NCBI GenBank assembly: GCA_050230475.1
Contig: JBFLGF010000100.1
Coordinates: 1 to 64,000 of the forward strand
Direction: 5' to 3'
Origin: Ancylonema sp.
Taxonomy: Eukaryota
Length of the DNA stretch: 64,000 nt
The notes beneath the pieces are model-generated. The model had not been told where the DNA came from. It did no database searches and worked only from the letters and a program-made list of their open reading frames with translations. This document shows, piece by piece, positions 12,201 to 23,200 of the stretch; position 1 is the stretch's first letter; each line of letters opens with the position of its first letter. Position numbers and translations under genes: made by a program.

Positions 12201-13004
12201 TTCAGCGGGCACCCAGCGATGTAATCACGGGGGGGTCGACTGCCAAGAGACAGAGGGTATGGGACCCTCCAACTACTCACTTCCCACTCCCACTCCTTCC
12301 AGACACATCCCCAACCGTGATCACTGGCAGAATGTATGGCGGAACCGGTTCGTGTGCCTAGGTCAGGCCCCACTAAAGGAACGCAAACAGGTGCGTTTGT
12401 TTTTTCCCAGAGTGTGAAGGGTGTGTGACATTTGTGTGCTATCGGTATGCCTGTGTGCAGACGGCGTTGACGGAAACTGCAGAGCGGCTCCAGGAGGGTG
12501 TACCACCCCAGGCGGTCTTCAGGGGGGTGGCAGAGGCGGCTGGGAGGAGCATGGCAGAGGGGGGGGCGGGGTTGGGAATGACGCCAGATGCAGCTGCGCG
12601 ATTGGTGAACCATTTGGTGGAAACGCCTGGGCTTGCAGAGGTGGGTGGGTGGGCGGCTGGTGGGGTGGACGTCTGGGAGAGAGTTGTCTGGTTTAACACA
12701 CCCACAACAGATTACGAGTTTGTTTTTTTTTGGGTAGGTTACCAGGATTCGGTGGAGGAGTGGAAGGTTGAATGTGCGGTTTGTAAGTAAGAGTCGTATG
12801 CAGTATACGGACAGTGGTGGGGGGAGGGGGAGGGGTAGGTGGGGGGGGGCTGCACCTAGTCTGAGGGCGTTCCCCCGGGGCTGATGGTCCTGGCAGGCGT
12901 ATGTGGGTGTGGTGGGCCATGATATACGGTTGAGCCTTGCAGCAGACCCGGATGTGCTCCTACCCCAGGCCCAGGGAAGGACTCAGGGGGGCTCCCCAAG
13001 CTGA
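6296..13004 (+). CDS. BAG6/Scythe (CIP73)-like ubiquitin-like-domain, proline-rich protein; 15 exons, ~1074 codons, one in-frame TGA in exon 2
   Basis: Phase-consistent exons: 6296-6412, 6590-6707, 6855-6950, 7113-7198, 7631-7696, 8197-8299, 8475-8758, 8946-9182, 9541-10225, 10380-10603, 10825-11169, 11458-11913, 12137-12256, 12461-12640, 12897-13004. UBL: IKVKTLDGHTYTVKV…QRLIFRGKVVKDDQLLSDHKVEDGHTLHLV. CIP73-type blocks: PDLNRIV, LLDSLATIHQYL, LLLELGRTTM…FISPHGPSPLVVQ. BAG6-like C-terminus: APSDVITGGSTAKRQR … HDIRLSLAADPD. Confidence 0.85.
6708..6854 (+). other. U12-type (minor spliceosome) GT-AG intron
   Basis: 5' site GTATCCACTT (consensus RTATCCTTT). Branch site TTCCTTGAC at 6830-6838 with the branch A 17 nt from the AG. 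No polypyrimidine tract. Splicing restores the UBL frame (SDH-K-VEDGHTLHLV). Confidence 0.7.
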
Positions 13005-13741
13005 CACCAAAGGAGAGACGCCGCGTAGGAGGGGACGCGAGGAGATGGAGGATGGGGAGGGGAAGGGGGAGGAGTAGGCAGGGTGGTGGGGTACTCTTTC
13101 AGGCCTTTTTTTTTCCTTCTTGTTGTTGTTTTTTTTTATTATTTTTTTTTAATTTTTTTTTTAATTTTAGGTGGAGGGTGTTTGAGGAGGAAGGTGTGTG
13201 GAGAGTAGGTGTGCGATTTGGTTGGATGGGGAAGACGAGGTTGGCGTACGCATATCTGTCACGTTTTTCTTTTTCTTTTTGAAGTGTGACGTTGTCGTAC
13301 ATATGATCGGGAAGAGAAAAGGATACACTTGGGGTTTGCGTATGTTTCTACAATTTTTTTGCTGAATAATTGGAGTTTGTGTAGAATAATTCGGTTGGTT
13401 TATGATGAAAATGAGAGTGAATGTTGGGCCAGAGTTGGAATGTGTATCGTAATATATTTGAATTGTAGAAAATAAAAGAAGAAGGAGAAGGGGGGAAAAA
13501 AAAAACTTCTCGTTTGAGTATAAGCCCTCCATGGGTGCATGTGATCTTCATAATTTTAACGACTCTCACCTAATGTTTAGTGCCTCCGATCCGAATCAGA
13601 GCTGGTTGGGGTCTGACTCGGATTGACGCGGAATCGGAAAAAAAATCGATCGAATTAGGCGCAACTATAGATCCTTCGGTAGATGGTAAAATTTTGGAGG
13701 CGGGCAATTCACTCTTACGTGCTTGTACAATAACTAGCATA

Positions 13742-13966
13742 GTTGGGCGCGTACATGTTCGGAACATGTGCGCGTCGCGCACCTCCTTGCAAAAGCCCCA
13801 AAAAAAAAAAAAAAAAAACAAAACAAAGGTAAAATGCTGTGTTTGTTGTTAGCGGCAATTAAAGCGATTTTTCAAAAAAAAAAATCCTAGTTAGGCGCGC
13901 AGACATGTGCGGGGTTGAGCGCACATGTTCCGAACATGTGCGCGATCTTAGTTGTGCGCACCCAAC
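13742..13966. repeat. Small fold-back/MITE-like element with palindromic cores
   Basis: ACATGTTCGGAACATGTGCGC (~13753) recurs inverted as GCGCACATGTTCCGAACATGT (~13919). Ends are GTTGGGCGC / GCACCCAAC with a poly-A spacer. Confidence 0.45.
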
Positions 13967-14115
13967 GCGTATACGCAGGGGAGAGAGAGGGGTGGTTGGG
14001 GGTACATTTAAGTGGTGTGGGTTCTGGTTATAAGGATTATATTTTGGGACATTCACAGTTGGAGATTGACGTGTAGTTGGAGATTGACGTGTGTATACTT
14101 GCCATAACAAGAGTA

Positions 14116-14341
14116 CAGTAGTGGCCACACATAATGACCTGGGTTTTTAATTTATTGAAATAACCACCAGTTGACCCAATCCGCGCACCCAATAGAGATA
14201 TTCCCAACCTCGTGGAATATATTTTTGATCTGGTGACCCATATTAGAGAATGACCCACATTTTACAAAAAAAGAATTATTCAATTTGACCCGACCCACAT
14301 TTTTCATAACTATTTGAGGGTCATTATGTTTGGCCTGCATG
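14116..14341. mobile_element. Short MITE-like element (hAT-like subterminal TGACCC repeats)
   Basis: GGCCACACATAATGACC (~14123) versus the inverted GGTCATTATGTTTGGCC (~14319-14335), one mismatch. Several internal TGACCC(A/G) motifs. The end TGGCCTGCATG resembles the TGGCCGGCATG end at 41180-41190. Confidence 0.5.
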
Positions 14342-14804
14342 GTAGATTATTACTATTTCTGGTGCTACGATTTTTTAAATGTTTTTAGGATTAGATATTC
14401 CAAACAAAAGTGAACCAGAAAAACAAGAACTCCAAGTTAGTTTGTTTTGGTCATAATAAAACTGTGTTGAGTTTTCGTGCAAAAATTAAGTGCCCAATCG
14501 TTAGGTTTCACAAAAACCTAACAAACTAACACTGAAAACTTATCAGATTTGACCAAGGATCTCAACAACATCCACTTGGCACACACATATTAGTTGCACC
14601 CTCAAGCGAGTTTTGGAAACGTATACTTATCTGACAACAACGGTAACGAAAGTTTGTATTGTCCGCGCTCCAAAACGATTGACCATATTTGTGTCCGGAT
14701 AGTGGATTTCTTTTTTTTTAAGAATGACTTATCACATCTTCAACTGATTCGGTTCAAAGACAGCTTTCGAGGCGGTCAAAATCTGGATACCGTGAAACTG
14801 GATA

Positions 14805-15666
14805 CACTCTAACCCCTAAAGAAGAAACCTAACATTAAAAAAAACGTTTCTTTTAGCGAATGTTTCGTATACAAATCACATTTTGAGTGTGAAAATGCAA
14901 AACAAATTTGCAGATTAGTTTCATACAACGAAGATCTTCTTACAACGAAGTTTCTATAATATTTTTCTTATATTGAGGTTTATTGTACTGTGGAATTGGA
15001 TACCAAGAAATTCGGCATGTTCTGGGTGTAGTTGTCACATGGTGCTGCACATCATGAAGGCGCACAATGTGGACAACCGTGAACTTGAGGCATTGGTAGT
15101 ACTACAATTCATTTCCATAGGGCCTCTAACAACAGACATGGTCATGAGGCCATAAGCCATTGTGAGTTCTAGAGTTGAGTTAGCAACATGGAACATATCC
15201 TCCGTAAGGATCACCACATTGCCAACAATTATATCATTCCGTGTTGATTGAGTGCGTCGTCCCTGTTGAGCGACACGTGCAAGCTTCGGGAACGCGACAC
15301 CAATACCGGCTTGAATACATATCATCCACGGAAAGGGAAGCACGGGTTCTCACCAAATCGTTCGTAATATGAAGACCTCTTGAAGTTGATATTGACGAAC
15401 GATTTGATGGATATAAGTAAAGACAAATCCGGATCGAACTACTGAGGTTATAACGGCAACCTAGCCAACACTGTCGAGTATTACTCCACTCTTGGGGGAA
15501 AATATGCACTCAAACCTTGATATCTTAAACTTTGTTATAAAAAACTCTTCGCGATAAAAACCAGTTTTCGTTTTTGGCGCTTTTACACTCAACATGTGAT
15601 TTGTGTGAGAAACATTCGGTGGAAGGAACATGTTTCCTGGATTTTAAAGGTTTCTTATATTGAGTG
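14805..15666. mobile_element. Non-autonomous TIR DNA transposon with CACTC…GAGTG ends and TA flanks
   Basis: TA|CACTC at 14803-14809 and GAGTG|TA at 15662-15668. About 100 bp of imperfect inverted repeat (AAGAAACCT…CGAATGTTTC…ACAAATCACAT.TTGAGTGT.AAA). Confidence 0.65.
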
Positions 15667-16267
15667 TACCAACTAAGATAGTGCAGAAATAGTTTAAACT
15701 TCGTGCAACTATTATGTAAATAATTGAATCATAATTGAATAATTGAACATTTAACATGAAAACGTATCAACCGTACGTAGTACGGTACCGTACATAGTGT
15801 TTTGCTTCTACACTAGATTTCCTTATATTTTATGTACGTCTAGACATGAAACGAAATTTGTGTGGGTTCCATCCAGATTTTGTAGGGCCTCATGAATAAT
15901 ACGTGCAGCGTTGCAATACCGCTACATACGACACCAAAACGTCAGATCAAATGTAGTCTGAACAACAATCCACGGAAACCACGTTCATGGATTAGCTGAA
16001 GGTAATACATTTTTTCAGAGTTATGCCAAAGTCTCCAAAAAAAAAAATTGGGTTTTTTTCGGTTTTTTTTTTCGAGATCCTGTCGGGTGGTTCAATACTA
16101 ACGGAATAAATATTTTTTAACAAAGACTCCGCAGAAAACATTGGATAACGGCAAAACCACAACAAATTCAATCGCCGTCGGTGCAAAATCTCTATGAAAG
16201 GAAAAATAAAAAGCGAGCACCGAGAAAAACAAAGGTACTAAAAACGACCCCTACCCCGAAAGAAGTA

Positions 16268-16838
16268 CAGTAAAACCTGTATTAATTAATAATGTCGGGA
16301 CCGGAAAACATTATTAATTAAGACAGGTTATTACCTAAGACAGGATCGGTTCCAAATGACCTGAAACCAGTTTCTAAGTGAATACGGGGGGCAACGAGCT
16401 TATATCCAGGTCGGAATCAACCCAAACTTGTATTCTGACGTAGTTATAATCATAATCATAATGAGATAATCGTAGTTCTAACATGACCAACCCTTCATAT
16501 TTGTATCCCGCATTACTCTACAAAATAATAACTATTTTTCTCAGAATTCGTTTTGTTTAAAGAAAAAATCGGTTTTTTTTTCGGTTGTTGTTATTTAATT
16601 CCCCGTCCCCCACAATTTTAATCCCTTATTAGTACAAATATTTTGTACGGAAACGTACGGATTACGTACATTATTAATTAGCACGTCAACTAGCATATAG
16701 GCGGGACCGGTGAAATTATTAGTTATCATATTTGAGAGGTTTGTTGATAATTACACTAGCCCAAGGTCGGGACCGGATAATGTATCAATTAAGACAGGTT
16801 ATTAATTAAAATAGTAGTAATTAAGACAGGTTTTACTG
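16268..16838. mobile_element. pogo/Tigger-like MITE, 571 bp
   Basis: TIR CAGTAAAACCTGT(A/C)TTAATTA, 20/21 identical, with TA TSD (16266-67, 16839-40). Internal repeats CGGGACCGG (x3) and AATTAAGACAGGTT (x3). Confidence 0.88.
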
Positions 16839-17435
16839 TAGCATATGAAAATCTGGGGGCGGCCTTGCCGAACCTGCATCCTCTCCGCTCACGCGCCCCT
16901 GGCGCTGTCACAAGATTTAGTTGCGTTCCGCTTTTCCGATGAACGCTTTTGGACACCAGGCTCCGTTCGCAGCTCCCAAATACAAAACACGCGCCATTTT
17001 CTGCCGAAGTAATCAAAGAAACCCGAGCACTCATTTGGCGCGAGCCAAGGAAGTTTGTCAAAGCGGACCTCGAGCATGCCTTTGTACTCATGTACTCATG
17101 GAGACATGTACCGAGGTCCTGTTTGACCTTTCGCTACCTGCGCTGACGTTTTGCACCGGGTAATAGTTTTACTCGGCTGTAGTTCACGGTTGTCTGCATA
17201 CGCCATTCCCGGCCGTATCATGACGTACGAGAAAGTTACCAACAAAACTACTGAAGAACTGTAGGGATGCAGAATTATAGAAAGTTGGTGAAGAGACGAA
17301 GGAATAGCTGGTTGTATTACGGTCAAGTTGAGCCGATGTAAGAGTGACCAGTTCACGCAGTGTCGCCCGACTTCACTTTTGTTTGGTCAAGACTAAGGCT
17401 CTGTTTTTTGCGACGTCGAGCGGATCCTGGCGAGA

Positions 17436-19094
17436 ATGACGGAGCTAGACCATACCGTTGTATCCGCAAGTAGCTCCTTGATAGCCACCGCTAGTGCCGA
17501 GGACTTTCAGGCTCCCGTTTCTGATACCATTCCTGACCTAAACAAGCCAGCAGTAGCCTTAGATCACGGGGTTTCCAGAATGCTGCTCGATCTACCCTTT
17601 GCTCGTCCACCTGGACGGATGTTGCAACTGTTGCTCGATGACAGACAGCGGCCGAAGCACCCAAAAGTGCTCAAGAGGTGCTTACGATGTACGTCCTCCG
17701 CTCATTGATAAGCTGCTGATGTCAACAGCGGTTACGTGATTCTGTCAGCAAACACTTCAGCTTCACGCTCACAGTGAATTAACTCGCATGTCTTGAATAT
17801 GTTCGTTTGACATACCTTCAGTTGTTGAGGCGTAGCCTTCTTCTGAAATCGATGACGAAGTCAAATGGACTCCTTTCAGGTCAAAAGAAGCTTGCTGCTG
17901 CGAAGCCTTCTCCTTCTCCGCGGCAAATCACGCCTGCTCCTGCTCCTGTTTCTGCTCCTGCCCCTGTTCCTGTTTCTGCTGCTGCTGCTGCTGCTGCTGC
18001 TCCCCTATTGCCGAAGAAACTGACGCCAGAAGAGAGCAACATACCAAGGTAGTCCTCGTAAGGCCCTTCACTGGGCTCTTCACAGCTCCTCCTACTGGAA
18101 TCCACGTGAAACTTGAGAGAGCTCAAGGAGAAAGTGCATTATTTCCCCCCTGCAACTGCCTCAGCTCTGGAAAGCACACAGCCTAGGGCATCCTTAAATA
18201 TAATTCCAGATATTCCACAGCATGAGGTGACACCCGGTCCCTCTCCTCCACAGGGAGTTTGGCGCAAGGCGCAAGGTAATATTTCAACCCGGCGGCCTGG
18301 CTGACGGCGTGGAGGTGGAGTATGTGGTAAGAGGAAAGGTAAGGAAAGTTGACAGGAAGAGAAGGTGGTGCCCTGCCCGCAGGCGTTTCGTCCATGCATA
18401 TCAGCTCAAAGGAATCGGGAGCTCGACTTGTAACCTAGGTAGGAGGTCAGCTATGGAATGCGCTCACTTCTTCTTCTTCTTCTCTCTGCGTGCAGAAAAT
18501 TCTCGGGGGAAAGAAGAAAGGATATGGCATCCTCTGTGATTGCTGCAATAAGATTGTGAGGCCTCTAGACCGTGGTTGTCTCAATAGACTTTCTGTGGAA
18601 GAACAACTGATAGTCAAGATACTATTCAAACACGACCGTACACGAAATATATTGATGCATGACCATGGTGTCGTCACGCATGCAATGTTTGCTTATTGCC
18701 ACCTATTTCGGTCGCAGGTTACATGCTCAGAGTTCGAGAAACATGCGGGCCGATCTGCCAACCGAAATCCGTGAGTCTAGGCGTTCATGTTTGAAAGATA
18801 TGTAGATATGTAGACATTATTGTCGACATGCTTAGTAGGACATCTTTAGTATCAAAGGTGAAGAATAAAGATGAAAGAAATGTGGTGTCCCAACTGTCAA
18901 GTCTCGAGATTGGGGTGCTAGAGCTGCCAAAGCAATACACATTGAGCAAACTTTTGCCACCCTTTCCATTGATGCGAGTGAGTGCTGCAGTTGATTCAAG
19001 TCTGAATTGCGTTTCTCCTCTCGAATCTTGCAGATACAAGAGCATATTCACCATTGACGGCATGTCACTTCACGAGCACTGTCTTCGACTCTAG
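17436..19094 (+). CDS. Small protein (~226 aa) with a C-terminal Tify-domain-binding domain (TDBD) and N-terminal EAR-like motifs
   Basis: Exons 17436-17688, 17880-18048, 18254-18338, 18496-18555, 18718-18770, 19034-19094 give IFQPGGLADGVEVEYVVRGK-KILGGKKKGYGILCDCCNKI-VTCSEFEKHAGRSANRNP-YKSIFTIDGMSLHEH. This is the TDBD signature seen in IDM1-like PHD/GNAT proteins. The joins of exons 1-2 are less certain. Confidence 0.75.
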
Positions 19095-20236
19095 GGCGAC
19101 AACAACAAGTAATGTTACAATCGAGGCAAAAATGTGCTACGTCCCTCTTATCCTTGAGTGGCTTCGAGAGTATATTCTCCTTATCACTGTAGCCTCACGT
19201 GCATGTGCCATTTGTCACATATTTTTGGGTATGCTTGCAACGACTCAAAGATGTCTTTGCAAACTCTCCCGTTTGCATGTCGTCTTTACCTAGTCTTATT
19301 TCTCACTAGTGCACTCTGCGGAGTTATCCACATGAGACAGCTGCCTTGGCATGGTGGTACGAGTTGCATACTGGCCTCGAACATCTGCCATAATAGTTTT
19401 TCACTATTCGGCCGATAAAAGTTGGGTTCCGGGGCCACTTGATCGTTGGATTGCGATTTTGGTCCACTGGGCGTTATGTTCATCAGGCGCAGAAATGATT
19501 TCGTTCCTTACACAAGGGAATGTTTTATTCACTTGCAATATCAGATAGCACAAGTGAATGAGTTCCGATTTCGATCACTGGAAGGCAAATGCTGATAGGT
19601 ACAATGAGATAGGACCTTGATAAGTAGACAAATGGAAGGTTCATTTGTGTATTCGCCTTGTATTCGCCTCAGATATTCTTAGTACTTGAACGTGGTTGCT
19701 CTCCCCGTCCCAAAATATTACTGAAACAATCTTTGTGCCGATTTTGGTCGTCATCCCCTCCAGCATAGGCCACTTCGTAAACGGCACCCGCCCAACTTTC
19801 CTATTTCAACCCATCTCGGCACTCTCTTGTCTCAACTTCCGGGTTGTAGTCGTTCAAGTATGGCACACCACGTTTTCTTCTGCTGTAAAAAAACTTGTAG
19901 AACATAGACTAAGTCCAAAGGAGAAGTTGTTCTCGTTATGTTGCAGACAAATGTATAACACATTCACCGAAGTCTCCTCAAGATTGCAACAACCAGGAAA
20001 TATCCCCAAATTCATCAAATTTATTGCACAATACATCCCCTTGACCTTGCAACTTGAGGCCATCCTCAACCTGGTCACTCGAAAAGCTAGTGGACGAAAA
20101 CCCGAGAGTGATACTAAACTACTGATCGAAAGTGGAATTGGAAGTCACCATCTCCCACCCTTCTCCCCCCATTCCGCTTCAAAACCCTCATGAAGGTTTC
20201 CCACACGGAATCTAACCAAACCGCATCTTCCGTTTT

Positions 20237-23200
20237 CTAGGATGTCTTCTCTAGTGGAAGGGGTTGTGTCGCCTTTAGTAGCCATTCCTTTTCATACCCC
20301 GATAGAAGGGGCGCAAGTTTTTGTCTGCACTTGGAGTGATACCCATCCACCCATTTCTTTTCCCCGTCTGTGAGCAGGGAAAGGTCCATGAGCTTCACCT
20401 GGATCGGAACCTGAAGTCACAAACAAACGTGTATGATTGTATTACACCCGTAATCATACACGATGAGGCATAACTTTACTAAAATTATAAAAAAAAACCT
20501 CCCCGTACATCTCAACTCGTATAGGAAGACCATCGCCGACCTTGGTGACATGTTCTGTGAAACAAATGACACGAAACAGAATGGAATGAAGAGGGGAAAG
20601 GAAACGAATGTGGATCGAGGGGAGATTTGTTGGTAGAGAAAGCTGGGCTGTACCTAAAGTTGGGGTCTTCTTTGGGGGTCAGACAGAAGGTCGTAAGGAG
20701 CGAAGGGTCAGCTTCTAGTTCAGGTTACAATTCGAGTCCAGGTTCGGGTTCCAGGTTTCAGGTTTCAGGTTTCAGGTTCAGGTTTCAGGTTGCAGGTTGC
20801 AGGTTGCAGGTTGCAACCTTCAGTTCGGCTTCCTTACCCACGTAATGGTCTCAAACTCGAGAAACATTTTGTTGTCGAAATGGAACTCCACCTCCGCCTT
20901 CTTCACGATCATCACATTCTCGATGCGGATCCCAAAGCTGCCCTCCTCATAGTACCCGGGCTCTGACGTACGATAACAACAGGCGCACCAATAAAAAATG
21001 GAAGGGAGTCAGATATATGAGATATCAGCAATCGGAAATCGGAGACCAGTAGCAAGACAACCGAGATATCGTCGGACCAAAAAAAGAAGAGGAAAAAAAC
21101 ACTATCGCCTCCTACGCAAACCATGACTGTGAAACGGTATAGCGGTATCCGTACAAGAAACGAGGACCATATCAAACCCATTGCCTTTTTTCTAAAAACG
21201 GCCATCGAAACCAGTATCCTGCTGCCTGGTGCGCACCAAAAGTGGTCTGTGTACTGTTTCCGTACCGTTTGTTACTGTCATGTTGGCCTGCAGCGATACG
21301 TCTTGGGCGTGTTTCTTGTAGCTGATCAAATGAGGACCTGCAAGCAATCGCAATGAAAGCCAAGGGGTTGAAAACGACTGCCTTACGATGCTATTAATTT
21401 CTTGAGTTACTGATTTGTTGTGCCTGGAAAAAGGAAAAGGAATTGCTCACCTTTACTCTCCGCCTAAATGCATATTGCAGGATAAAGAGTAACCCTCTAA
21501 CAAAATATTCTTTGTATTTTCTAGAATTCCCTAAGATAAATGATGGGGGGGGGGGGGGGGGGGGAACAAAAAAAGAGGGAAAGAAAAAATGACACCAAAC
21601 CACCTGGCAACTGTATCTCTACTCCTCCCCCTCCCTACCTTCGTGTACATTCAGATAGCTCCCCACCCCATGCCCAGTCCCATGCTTGTAATCCAATCCT
21701 GACTTCCATAGGGGTAGTCTGGCAAGGGGGTCGAGGCCGTGACCTGAACCCCACTCAACCCTAAGACTCAGTCAACAAAACAGAGCCCCTTTCTTTGGTA
21801 AAGAACCCTTTCTTTTAATACCCGCCTGCTGAGAACTGCAGCTCCCTCAGTTCTCGGATCTGATCCCGTATCCTCAGCTCTTGTGCGCAAATCGGGAAGG
21901 TTCGTTTTTGGAACAAGTATGAGTGAGTGCAGACATACGCAGAAGGAGGCTGTTTGAGAGTCCCCATTTAGATCAGCCCTCTCTGTCATCTGCTGTGAAT
22001 ATAACGGTCAAACCTCTGGACAGGCACACTTTTGGTCTCGTGCGTTTCAGTGGATTTTAATAGGGGAGTATGCACAAAGGGTGGAGTGATTGCATGACAT
22101 TTTAATTCAGATTTGATGGAATTATGGAGTCCGTTTGACAAATGTTGGTGCCTTTGGAGGATCGAATGAGGGTGCTTTTCTATGTTGTGCCTATGCGAAT
22201 TGAGCCTACTCAGAGGTTTCCCTGTACCTGTAGTGCCGGCCGGGAAAACAGCTGTGGCAAGAGCAATGTGGCCCTGAAGGACCTGCACAGAAAGGATACG
22301 AAATCGGACACGGAATCCGATTCGAGTAGGCTCAGAATCGGATTTCTTCTTAGATTCTGAAGTCATGCAGATAGCGCAAAAACAGAAGACGGGCGGAAGA
22401 ATTCATAAGATCCATAACAAAACAAAACAGATCACAAAAATAAAAAAAAATAAAAAAACGGCCAAAAACAACCTAATCACACAAAACTTCAAACAAACTC
22501 AGAAAGTGGGGGGGGGAAAGAGTGGGTGAGGGAACAGGTGACTCGCCTTGGTGTAACACATGCGTTCCCGGTCTGAAGGTCTCCCGAAGTGCACGGTGCG
22601 AGTCACGTCAGTCGTACCGTCGCGGTACTGAAAGCGAACACACACCCACTACCTTCAGGTGTGAGAGAGAGGGGTATGGCATTATCGCCCTCTGACAAAG
22701 TAGATGCACAAGTGTTGTGAGCGCCAAGATAGGAAGACCAGCAGATGAAAAGCGATGTGAGATCAGATCAGATAAGATGAACAGAGTAGGACACGAGGGT
22801 ATTAGAACCTACAGTCTACTTCTGCGAGTGGTGTCAATCGACCATTCGTCCCTAGACTGTGGACGGTTATATCATCCAGCGTGTCAACTCAACTGGCGTC
22901 ATCACGGCACATTCCCTTTACTACCCTCTACCCTCACGGAAACCCAATCAAAAAAAGAAACGGGTTTTTTTTTTTTTTTTTTTGATAACATCTTCACCTT
23001 TCACTCACCCATCACCTTATATGCTTTTTTATCCCCTACTTCCAAAACAATAAATAAATAAATGAGGAAGTAATAAAAGTAAGAGAAAGTAACAAGAAAT
23101 AAGAAAACTTCATTCCTCCCCCCCCCCTCTTTCCTTTCCCTTTCCCTTTCCCTTTCCTTTCCCTTTCCTTCCTTTCCTCCCACCTGCGCCCCCGAGTCAC

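Noticed and set aside
19095..19293. CAIC motif after the TDBD stop as a possible PHD exon reached by readthrough
   Set aside because: Lacks the rest of the PHD pattern (GG.L..CD.C…H..C), and another stop follows 5 codons after the TAG.
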